From Octopus sinensis (taxonomy: Eukaryota): DNA of 17,814 nucleotides. The position numbers and the translations under genes are program-made. The notes below the pieces were generated by a model. It saw only the letters and a program-made list of their open reading frames with translations. It was not told the origin of the DNA and searched no databases. Position 1 is the first letter of the stretch; each line of letters opens with the position of its first letter. The stretch covers positions 1 through 17,814 of the forward strand of contig NW_021824771.1 of assembly GCF_006345805.1 (NCBI RefSeq), in the 5' to 3' direction. Positions 1 through 9,460 of this stretch are shown one piece after another.

Positions 1-132
1 AAAGTTGAAGAACGGAAAAGAAGGACATGAGAGGGAATGTTGGGTGGTGGGGGTGGGCGCGAGGTGTAAGAGGATGGAGGGTCAGATTTGGAATGGGAAG
101 AGGCAAGTAAACTGATATATTGATATGCAAGC

Positions 133-228
133 ATGTGTATTGAGAAATATGCATATGCACACATACACACACGTACATACACATACATACACGCACACAT
201 ACACACACCTACACACATACAGTCATTC

Positions 229-263
<35 letters not shown>

Positions 264-270
264 TGTATAT
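133..270. repeat. Compound (TACA)n/(CA)n/(TA)n microsatellite
   Basis: Visible short-period repeats; explains ORF 133..396. Confidence 0.85.
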
Positions 271-285
271 ACAGTAGTTTATATT

Positions 286-452
286 CACAGGCGTGGCTGT
301 GTGGTAAAGAAGCTTGCTTCCCAACCACATGGTCCCGGGTTCAGTCCCACTGCGTGGCAGCTTGGGCCAGTGTCTTCTACTATAGCCTCGTGCTGACCAA
401 AATCTTGTGAGTGGATTTGGAAGACGGAAACTGAAAGAAGCCCGTCGTATAT
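286..452 (+). mobile_element. tRNA-derived SINE 5' portion (possibly CORE-like), ending in (TA)n(TG)n
   Basis: A-box-like TGGCTGTGTGGT (294-305) and B-box-like GGTTCAGTCCC (338-348). CTTGGGCCAGT resembles the CORE-domain motif CTTGGGCAAGT. Matches my recollection of an abundant octopus SINE; family name not verified. Confidence 0.75.
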
Positions 453-455
453 AGG

Positions 456-456
<1 letters not shown>

Positions 457-530
<74 letters not shown>

Positions 531-560
531 TTGTGTGTGTGTGTCTGTGTGTGTGTGTGT
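457..560. repeat. (TA)n followed by (TG)n microsatellite
   Basis: Directly visible. Confidence 0.95.
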
Positions 561-910
561 ATAAAACGCTGCTATTCTGTTAAACTGTCGTATGTCAAAA
601 TTTGTTCAAATGCATTTTTTTCAATGGCCGATTCTTTTGGTCAAACTAACATATCTAGAGCTGCTTCACATGAGAATTATCAAAGTGTAGTACAATAGTT
701 TACCCTTTTCCAAAAGCGTAGTAAGTCCCACATACGATAGTTTTGCAAAAATATATGACTGAAAATATACATGCATAGAGTTACGATTTTATGCCCCCAA
801 CAAAGTACTTTAAAAAGAAATGGAATAGTGAAACTATATTTTCTTTTTCTGAAAAAAGCAACGTTTTGGACTTACGACACTTTTGCATAATAGCAACGAT
901 ATATATATAT

Positions 911-1347
911 ATTAAGGTACGTAGAAAAATACAACATGGACAAGAACGTATAACTCTTAGAAGACGATACAATAAACACGGACAGGACATTCGAAACCCT
1001 CAGTCTTCAGTCAAGAACCGGATCATCGTAGTAATTTCGGCTGATTAATCTTGAGATTACTAGATCACGGCCAGCCCTCCAAGAAAAACTAAGCAACGAG
1101 CATTAGAAAAACTAAGCTGGGGGCCGTAGATTCCTGGAAGAAGGATCGAATGCATACGAACACCGGGACAGCAAAAGGGACGAATTAAAAGGCAAAAAAC
1201 AATAATGGAATACAGAAACATGAAATACAAGAAGCATTAACGGTGAAAACAACAAGTGTTCTTACGACTGATAACAAGCAAACAAATTTTCTCTGGCGCA
1301 ATGGAAAGGAGCCTTATCGGCGATGCCTTGGCGGCGGACGAAAACAA
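911..1347. repeat. Direct repeat copy 1 (~437 bp), probable retroelement (Penelope-like pseudo-LTR) remnant
   Basis: Near-identical to 1804-2241 (offset 893 bp), from ATTAAGGTA to GGCGGCGGACGAAAACAA. The repeat is certain; the class assignment is inference. Confidence 0.85.
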
Positions 1348-1409
1348 CGATGTTAACACGTCGCTGGTGGGAAGCTGAGAGGCAGATTTCGGCCAGCGGT
1401 CACGTGACA

Positions 1410-1735
1410 GAGAAGAGAGAAAGAAGAAAAGAAAAGAAAGAGAAGCAAAGGAAGGAAGAGAGAGAGAGAAGAGAGAGAGAGAGAGGAGGGACAAACGCAA
1501 CAAGGGGAGAGAGAGAGAGAGAAAGAAGGAATCAGAGAGGAGAAGGGATGGGTGTCGAAGATTGACCTGTGAGTGCAGAGCGAGACAAAGCAATGGAAGG
1601 GTAGGGGAAAGAGTAGGGAAGAGTCGACCAAAGAATCAGAGGAAAGAGAAGAGAGAGGAAAAAGAGGAGAGTAAGAGAAAAGAGAGAGAAGGGGACAGAT
1701 CAAGTAAAAGTGAGAGAGAGAGAGACAAACAGAGA
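1410..1735 (+). repeat. Purine-rich (GA/GAAA) low-complexity tract in the spacer between the direct repeats
   Basis: Runs of GAGAGA/GAAAA; explains the Leu/Ser- and Arg/Glu-rich ORFs. Confidence 0.85.
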
Positions 1736-1803
1736 GTCGTAACAATTTTTAAGAATATGTGCTCACATTAATGTTAAGAGGGTACGTAGCGCCTGGAATA
1801 TAT

Positions 1804-2241
1804 ATTAAGGTATGTAGAAAATACAACATGGACAAGAACGCATAACTCTTAGAAGACGATACAATAAACACGGACAGGACATTCGAAACCCTCAGTCTTC
1901 AGTCAAGAAACGGATCATCGTAGCAATTTCGGCTGATTAATCTTGAGATTACTAGATCACGGCCAGCCCTCCAAGAAAAACTAAGCAACGAGCATTAGAA
2001 AAACTAAGCTGGGAGCGTAGATTTCCTGGAAGAAGGATCGAATGCATACGAACACCGGGGAAGCAAAAAGGGACGAATATAAAAGGCAAAAAAACAATAA
2101 TGGAATACAGAAACATGAAATACAGAAGCATTAACGGTGAAAACAACAAGTGTCTTACGACTGATAACAAGCAAACAAATTTTCTCTGGCGCATTGGAAA
2201 GGAGCCTTATCGGCGATGCCTTGGCGGCGGACGAAAAACAA
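1804..2241. repeat. Direct repeat copy 2 (~438 bp)
   Basis: Aligns end to end with 911-1347; followed immediately by (TA)n. Confidence 0.85.
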
Positions 2242-2622
2242 TATATATATATATATAATATGAAAACCGTAGGGAAGGTAATTTTTGTAAGCGAAACATA
2301 AATCTTGTTGTCAAAATTGTACCAGTATCACCTCACAATGCTTACCCCTGGAACCTTGTATGGCAACACGGAGAGTGGCAAAAATGCTATACAAGCTTCT
2401 GTCGCTCAAATCCAGTGAGGTACGGATGTCTTACAATCATTTAATTTCTTGATTTGTTTTGCATTTTACAAAGTTCTACGGCGATGGATATCTGCACACA
2501 TGTTTTTGAATATCCGTTTCCATAGAATTAAAAACTTGTGAAAGAACGTGGGACGGTTCTTTCTGTGGAATCGGATTTTGAAGAACATGTAAAGCAGACG
2601 CAATATTAACATACAATAATTT

Positions 2623-2768
2623 ACATCTTATGTTTGGAGTGATCACTAGTGATGGCAACGTTATGCCACCATACATCTTCCCACACAGCCTCAGACTCAA
2701 CACATTAAGTGCATGGAGGAGGTAGTGCTGCCCTGGGTCAAGAGGGTAACGGCTGGAAGACCCTATGT
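2623..2768 (+). mobile_element. Tc1/mariner (DD37D/maT-type) transposase relic, part upstream of the SINE insertion
   Basis: Translates as FGVITSDGNVMPPYIFPHSLRLNT, then after a frameshift IKCMEEVVLPWVKRVTAGRPYV. This is typical of the region preceding the second catalytic Asp. Confidence 0.8.
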
Positions 2769-3126
2769 GGAAGCACTCCGTCGGTTACGACGATGAGGGT
2801 TCCGGTTGATCCGATCCACGGAACAGCCTGCTCGTGAAATTAACGTGTAAGTGGCTGAGCACTCCACAGACACGTGTACCCTTAACGTAGTTCTCGGGGA
2901 TATTCAGCGTGACACAGAGAGTGACAAGGCCGGCCCTTTGAAATACAGGTACAACAGAACAGGAAGTAAGAGTGGAGAAAGGTGTGGCGAAAGAGTTACA
3001 GCAGGGATCACGTGGGGCTTTAGGTGTTTTCGCTCAATAAACACTCACAACGCCGGCTGGGTCGGAAAGAAACTGCGATCCTATGACCGCGAGTCCGCTA
3101 CCCTAACCACTGGCCATTGCGCCTCC
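2769..3126 (-). mobile_element. tRNA-derived SINE inserted into the transposase relic
   Basis: Reverse complement aligns to the SINE at 6756-7145, with a ~24-bp internal deletion. Imperfect TSD AAGACCCTATGT (2757-2768) / ACGACCCATGT (3130-3140). Confidence 0.9.
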
Positions 3127-3129
3127 CCC

Positions 3130-3566
3130 ACGACCCATGTCTGGCAAACAGAACATACACCATGCCACACAAGCAGGAGAACCCAGTCATGGCTCTCAGA
3201 CAATTTCTACGACCACATCACCCCTAACATCTGGCCACCTAACTCCCCAGACTGTAACCCCCTTGACTTTTATCTGTGGGCGCTGTTGGGCGAGAGAGCA
3301 TTTAAACTCCTTTTAATACCGAAGATGAACCGAAGGCCAGAATTTGGCAGCATAAACGAGGAGACCATCCAGAAGAGTTGCAGGAGATTCCAAGTCGTCT
3401 GGAAGCAGTGGTTGCAGACAATGGCGATTTTATTGAACATGTTTACTCTTCTTTAGTATTTCAAGATATTTTTATGCAATTTTGGTAAATACTTCTATTA
3501 AAATTAGATGTCAGTGTTATTTTCATTTTTGCGTAATTTAGACGACAGTTTATTCGCCGCACCCTG
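3130..3566 (+). mobile_element. Tc1/mariner DD37D (maT/Bmmar1-like) transposase C-terminal relic plus right end
   Basis: WQTEHTPCHTSRRTQSWLSDNFYDHITPNIWPPNSPDCNPLD: 37 residues lie between the second-Asp position (here Glu) and the final Asp. Ends in GCACCCTG (3559-3566), the reverse complement of the CAGGGTG-type terminus. Confidence 0.88.
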
Positions 3567-3944
3567 TCTAGCGTGTGTGTGTGTGTGTGCGTCTTTGTGT
3601 GTACATAATTATATACATGCACACTTACGTGTACGTATATGCACACACACTATATAGGTACGTACTACAGCCGCCTCCCCTGCAATTTCACCCTGCTCTC
3701 TTTCTCCCTCCCTCTCTCTCTATCTCTCTCTCTCTCTCTCTCACACATACTACCACCACACAAATATACACACACACACATCATTCTGAAATCGAGTTTG
3801 AAATTATTACCTTGTATAGAGACAGAGAAGCAGTCGTGCGGTAAATAAAATCGAAATTCATTACAATCGTCGAATCATCGCCTCATCACTCCTACTCACC
3901 CACTCCACCTACTCCTATTTCGACTCCACCTCTTCGTCGTCTAT

Positions 3945-4064
3945 CTTCTTCTTCTTCTTCTTCTTCTTCTTCTTCTTCTTCTTCTTCTTCTTCTTCTTCT
4001 TCTTCTTCTTCTTCTTCTTCTTCTTCTTCTTCTTCTTCTTCTTCTTCTTCTTCTTCTTCTTCTT
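3945..4064. repeat. Perfect (CTT)40 / (GAA)40 trinucleotide repeat
   Basis: Uninterrupted CTT units, counted from coordinates. Confidence 0.95.
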
Positions 4065-4333
4065 CTCCTCTATCAATTAAATAACGAATTGGTGGATCGC
4101 TCATCACGTTAATTGAATGCAAGTGTATTAAACACATCCCCCCACACATATATGTATATACACATACATATACATACACATATATGTCTATATATATATG
4201 TCCATACATGTATATATATATTATATACATTATACGTTGGCACACAAACGTACATCTTTCACGAATTTTTTCATCGTCTTCTTCTTCGTCGTCGTCGTCG
4301 TCATTGGTTTTCCACTTTTGTTTCCTTGGTCGA

Positions 4334-4335
4334 CG

Positions 4336-4371
<36 letters not shown>

Positions 4372-4824
4372 GCATCATCATCATCACCATCATCATCATC
4401 GTCATCATCATCATCGTCGTCATCATCATCATCAGCATCATCAGCATCATCATCATCATCACTAACATCATCATCATCATCATCGTCATCATCGTCATCA
4501 TCGTCATCGTCGTCATCGTCGTCGTCGTCGTCATCATCGTCATCATCGTCATCATCGTCATCGTCGTCATCGTCGTCGTCGTCATCATCATCGTCATCGT
4601 CATCATCGTCATCGTCATCATCGTCATCGTCGTCATCATCATCATCATCGTCATCATCGTCATCATCGTCGTCATCATCATCGTCATCATCATCGTCATC
4701 GTCATCGTCATCGTCATCATCATCATCATCGTCGTCATCGTCATCGTTATCGTCATCATCATCGTCGTCATCATCATCATCATCATCGTCGTCATCGTCA
4801 TCGTTATCGTCGTCATCATCGTCG

Positions 4825-4859
<35 letters not shown>

Positions 4860-4880
4860 GTCATCGTCATCATCATCATC

Positions 4881-4925
<45 letters not shown>

Positions 4926-4998
4926 GTCATCGTCATCGTCATCGTCATCATCATCGTCATCATCATCGTCATCGTCACCGTCGTCGTCAACGTCGTCG
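4334..4998 (+). repeat. Compound (CAT/CGT)n trinucleotide array, ~665 bp
   Basis: Directly visible; source of the poly-S, poly-D, poly-I/V and poly-M/T ORFs. Confidence 0.95.
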
Positions 4999-5756
4999 TT
5001 TTTTACCGTTTGAATGTTTTTGCATGTGTGGTGTGTGGTGTTGTGTTGATGAGGAAGCCATGACACAGAGGAGAAGTCTTCGGGATATATTCGCGAACCT
5101 CGTAGATTAGTGCGGATTGGTGGTGGTGGTGGGTGTGGTGGGGGTTGAGGTGGTTGTGTGTGTGTGTGTGTGTTTACGTGCGCATGAGAGAGAGAGAGAG
5201 AGAGAATGCGTCTGAGAATTTCTTGTATACACCAATAAAACGACAGACCGGTTTCAATTTTGGGTTGTAATACACTTCACTCTCACTTTGGTGGAAAACC
5301 GTTTCGCTAAGGCATAAAAGTCACGAATTCATCATCTATCTTCTTCCTCTTTGTCTCTTTCGCTCGCTCTCTCTCCCCCCTCTCTCTCTGTTAGAGCAAT
5401 AAAAAGACATCAAATGATATGTGAATGAGAAATTATGCCATGAACTTCATAAGCTTACACCTGTTTCCGCTATAAGCTGCAATGCAATCATAGGTGAGTG
5501 TTTGTGTATCACTTTCTAGCTTCATCGGAGCTTCGAAAATGAAGTGCAATATTATGTGGTAAAAGCATTTGTATTTAAAAATATAGACAAAATCATTACC
5601 ATCGGAAAGAGGCTCAAACATTATTAAGAAAACTAGTCACGTGTTTGTGTGGGAGGACCTCCTCCCATATGTAATTCAAGAAAAAATTATATGTGTGTGT
5701 GTATGTGTGTGTATGTGTGTGTGTGTGTGCGTGTGTGTGTATGTATATATATATAT

Positions 5757-5920
5757 TAGACAAAATGAGACAACAAAGCCAAGGCTGTGAGAAGCTTTTA
5801 AGGTAACAGATATTGATATAATCTTACAGCTGTTTCTGGGATTTTATGGGTATCCTGTCGTCCGAGACGATGTGAGATGGTTAAACAGAGGTAAATATTT
5901 GAGTTAGAAATAAGGAATTG
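5757..5920 (-). mobile_element. Probable Penelope-like element terminal remnant
   Basis: Carries a type I hammerhead-like motif with a palindromic helix III, which is characteristic of Penelope pseudo-LTRs. Boundaries approximate. Confidence 0.5.
5821..5868 (-). ncRNA. Degenerate minimal type I hammerhead-ribozyme-like motif
   Basis: Minus strand reads GUCU-CGGACGA-ca-GGAU-(9 nt)-AUCC-ca-GAA-ACAGCUGU-A-AGAU. Helix I GUCU/AGAU; core CUGANGA with U4->G; helix II GGAU/AUCC; palindromic helix III ACAGCUGU; GUA cleavage triplet. Confidence 0.5.
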
Positions 5921-6039
5921 TTATGGAAAACAAGGAGATAGGGAATATAGAGGGAAATAAGAGAATGAAAGTAGAAATAAAATATAAGAATGTGTGTGTG
6001 TATATGTATATGTACATACATGAGTGTGTATCTATATCT

Positions 6040-6068
6040 ATCTCTATATATATATATATATATATATA

Positions 6069-6107
<39 letters not shown>

Positions 6108-6155
6108 ATAATAATAAATAAAATGACCATCCCGAAGTACAACAATATATATACG

Positions 6156-6185
<30 letters not shown>
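6040..6185. repeat. (TA)n-rich microsatellite
   Basis: Directly visible. Confidence 0.85.
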
Positions 6186-6186
<1 letters not shown>

Positions 6187-6191
6187 TGGTA

Positions 6192-6496
6192 CCGAAAGGA
6201 TGAAAAGCAAAGTCGACCTCGGCAGAATTTGAACTCAGAACGTAACGGTAGACGAAATACCTATTTCTTTACTACCCACAAGGGGCTAAACACAGGGAGG
6301 ACAAACAAGGACAGACAAACGGATTAAGTCGATTACATTGACCCCAGTGCGTAACTGGTACTTATTTAATCGACCCCCGACAAGATGAAAGGCAAAGTTG
6401 ACCTCGGCGGAATTTGAACTCAGAACGTAACGACAGACGAAATTACGGCTACGCATTTCGCCCGGCGTGCTAACGTTTCTGCCAGCTCGCCGCCTT
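6192..6496 (-). mobile_element. tRNA-derived SINE with an internal duplication of the B-box segment
   Basis: Minus strand begins AAGGCGGCGAGCTGGCAGAAACGTTAG (A-box-like), with B-box-like GAGTTCAAATTCC. The ~69-bp segment at 6377-6446 recurs at 6192-6260. Confidence 0.8.
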
Positions 6497-6755
6497 ATGC
6501 ATGTATGAACGTATGTCTCTATTTGCAGCTGTGAATATTCTGTGTATCGTGTCGTTGTCTTATTTCCCGTTCGTTTAGTTTCATCTTAGTCTGCTTTCGT
6601 TTAACTTTTCTCCTAGTCGTATTCTTTCTGTTCAAACCTTGATACATTCATGTAGCCCAATGCACTTCGTTTGTTTACTTGATAGCTATACGTGTACGTG
6701 TGTGTGTGTGTGTGTAACATAATATGCGTATATGACCATGTATTATAAATAAATA

Positions 6756-7145
6756 GTGGAGGCGCAATGGCCCAGTGGTTAGGGCAGCGGACTCGCGGTC
6801 ATAGGATCGCGGTTTCGATTTCCAGACCGGGCGTTGTGAGTGTTTATTGAGCGAAAACACCTAAAGGCTCCACGAGGCTCCGGCAGGGGATGGTGGTGAT
6901 CCCTGCTGTACTCTTTCACCACAACTTTCTCTCACTCTTACTTCCTGTTTCTGTTGTACCTGTATTTCAAAGGGCCGGCCTTGTCACTCTTTGTGTCACG
7001 CTGAATATCCCCGAGAACTACGTTAAGGGTACACGTGTCTGTGGAGTGCTCAGCCACTTACACGTTAATTTCACGAGCAGGTTGTTCCGTTGATTCGGAT
7101 CAACCGGAACCCTCGTCGTCGTAACCGACGGAGTGCTTCCATTCC
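6756..7145 (+). mobile_element. Full-length tRNA-derived SINE with a perfect 14-bp TSD
   Basis: A box TGGCCCAGTGG, B-box-like GGTTTCGATTTCC, short TTCCA-repeat tail. TSD ATTATAAATAAATA at 6742-6755 and 7146-7159. Same family as 2769-3126. Confidence 0.92.
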
Positions 7146-7689
7146 ATTATAAATAAATATTGTGTATTATCTGTCTGTCTGTTTGTCTAACAGACTGTAT
7201 GTGTGTATGTCCAACATTAGAAAATCAACAGCCATGTTTAATGACGTCAGTGATATTTGGGTAAAAGCATCTATTCTAACCACAGCTATTGTCCTTTCTC
7301 TTTTTTTCTGATATGCTCACTTAACCTCAGATCAGCCGTCAACTGATAAAAGGCGTTCCCACCATAACCATCTCGTCGATCTTTTGTACCTTACTTATCT
7401 AGGACTTTATCAACCAGAGCATCGCATCCATTTTAAGACTCTGTTTGATTTAATATAATTAGATTTCGCTGGTGTTTCTAGCAGCTTAAACGACAATAGA
7501 AGGGCTTGTCATGTTGAATTGTAATAATAATTCAGTTAGGTCACGCAGATGAGATTCCTTGCTTGTGGAATCATTGATTGTTGGTCTTTGATCTCAGCTT
7601 TATAACGGATAAACTGATTAAAAAACGGAATCTGCTTTCATTGTTATGTAAAATATCACAGCCTTCGGGATAACAGTCATCGTATATTT

Positions 7690-7741
7690 TGATGTATGTA
7701 TGTGTATATATATACACACACACATATATATATATATATAG

Positions 7742-7773
<32 letters not shown>

Positions 7774-7821
7774 GTGTGTGTGTGTAAGTGCATGTGTACA
7801 CACACACACACGGACACACGG

Positions 7822-7887
<66 letters not shown>

Positions 7888-8233
7888 GTGTGTGTGTGTA
7901 AGTGCATGTGTACACACACACACACGGACACACGGACACACACACACACATATATATATATATGTGTGTGTGTATATATATATGAGTGTAAGTAAATACG
8001 CATATATATGTTCATATCTATATTTACATCTATCTATCTATCTATGTACCTATTTGTCTATCTGTCTATCGAAATCTGTGTGTTTGCTTTGTGCATGCAT
8101 ATAGGTACGTATGTATACATACATATATATAAATATAAATATTTAATATATACCTATATATATATAATATATATATATTTATATATATATATAAATATAT
8201 ATATTTATACACACATACATATATATATGTAGG

Positions 8234-8267
<34 letters not shown>

Positions 8268-8401
8268 CAATATATATACACACACACCCACACACAAAAT
8301 ATATATGATACACATGCATATATAAATATATATATAAATATATATATATACATATACATACATATATACATATAGATACATGCATACATACATATATATA
8401 T

Positions 8402-8479
<78 letters not shown>

Positions 8480-8490
8480 ACATATATATG
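7690..8490. repeat. Long compound (TA)n/(CA)n/(TG)n microsatellite field containing a 114-bp tandem duplication
   Basis: Directly visible; unit TATCCGTGTG...GGACACAC at 7767 and 7881. Confidence 0.9.
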
Positions 8491-9049
8491 AAGACTACGA
8501 TGTATACCAGGCGATTTATTTCATTGAAAACCTTGTGACTGAAATATTTTTCAAAATTTAATTAAACATGGTGGCTCGTGTCTTCTATGTTTCTTACAAT
8601 TCAATTAGTTAATTCATTAAAATAGTTCTCGTTTTATAATCATGGATGTATTTATTTTTGATTAAGTGTGCAAATAATCCACAGCTTAAAGACGAAAGCA
8701 GAATCAAGAATAATTATTCTAGTTTATTGTCTTGTTCTTGTGTACTTTTATTGTTTCGAAGGTTTAAGCTAATGGACCTAGGTCGAGATGAGACTGCCGT
8801 ACTTCAGAGGTATTTTCACCGATGATAACGTGTCCATTAATTTCGTTTGGTAGCTACTTTATAGTTCCTTTTTTGCTGAATCACTACTGTCATGGTGTAA
8901 CGAAAAAATACTAGCTTTGTATTATTCGTTTGACGTACCAATTTTTATCTGTCATTCCTCGCCGATTTGTATACATGCATTCGATTACATATGCAGAGTA
9001 ACGTCGAAGTTTCGGTTAGTTAAGACATCATCTTAAGATGTCGATGTGT

Positions 9050-9452
9050 GTGGCCAATAGTCAAGGGAGAGTTTGGAGATGAACCTATTGGCAAATGGCT
9101 GCATTTTGAGGCGTTCAAGTTCAGATTCCATTCTTCCGCCCAATTCCAAGCTCGGTTCAGCGACAATTGGAGTATGTCGTATTGATACCTAGGTGAGACA
9201 AGTTTGATGTCGCCTGCAAATAGGAGATATCTTCCATCAAGAAAATCTGACAGGTCGTTGATATAGAGAAGGAAAAGTATTGGCCCAAAAACCAACATCT
9301 GGGGAACGCCGCTGCATGCATTCGTCTCCGCTGAGAGATCTGCACCCAAAAGTTCGATAGCTCAGGAAGGAAGAATTCCACAAAGTCAACAAAGTATGAA
9401 ACTTGAATGCTCGAAGTTTGCACAAGAGAAGTCATTGACTGTTAAAACCTTG
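9050..9452 (-). mobile_element. Decayed non-LTR retrotransposon RT fragment (CR1/L2/Jockey-like)
   Basis: SGVPQMLVFGPILFLLYINDL...LLFAGDIKL...LQLSLNRAWNWAEEWNLNLNASKC, i.e. GVPQGSxLGP and FADD motifs, with FADD mutated to FAGD at 9209-9220. Upstream KLRAF and SFLSYRTF segments occur in shifted frames. Confidence 0.9.
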
Positions 9453-9460
9453 ATATTGTT

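Noticed and set aside
286-360. Genuine tRNA gene (also at 6756-6830 and 6420-6496)
   Set aside because: A/B boxes are present, but I could not fold a complete cloverleaf, and each continues into repeat-family body sequence. These are SINE heads.
980-1015. Hammerhead motif in the 437-bp direct repeat (minus strand CTGAAGA...CGAATGTC; also at ~1873-1908)
   Set aside because: GAAA reads GAAT, helix II is offset by two extra bases, and I could not form helix I. Too weak to call without a family consensus.
2338-2418. P-loop-like peptide LYGNTESGKN
   Set aside because: GK is followed by N rather than S/T, the ORF stops within ~12 codons, and there is no other NTPase motif.
2851-3456. 201-aa ORF as an intact transposase gene
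   Set aside because: The N-terminal half is antisense SINE. The DNA-binding domain and first Asp are missing, the second Asp is Glu, and the C-terminus is frameshifted.
4230-5066. 278-aa poly-Asp ORF resembling molluscan acidic biomineralisation proteins (Aspein-type)
   Set aside because: No signal peptide or unique domain. Five frames are open simply because the triplets lack stops, and a similar array at 14857 has an in-frame stop immediately upstream. It is a microsatellite.
5396-5493. Possible exon (polypyrimidine-TTAG acceptor, AG/GTGAGT donor)
   Set aside because: Stop codons in all three frames and no supporting neighbouring exons. A non-coding exon cannot be excluded without RNA-seq.
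7571-8483. Many overlapping Tyr/Ile/Cys/Val-rich ORFs (similarly 15332-16802)
   Set aside because: Translations of (TA)n, (TG)n and (TACA)n repeats.
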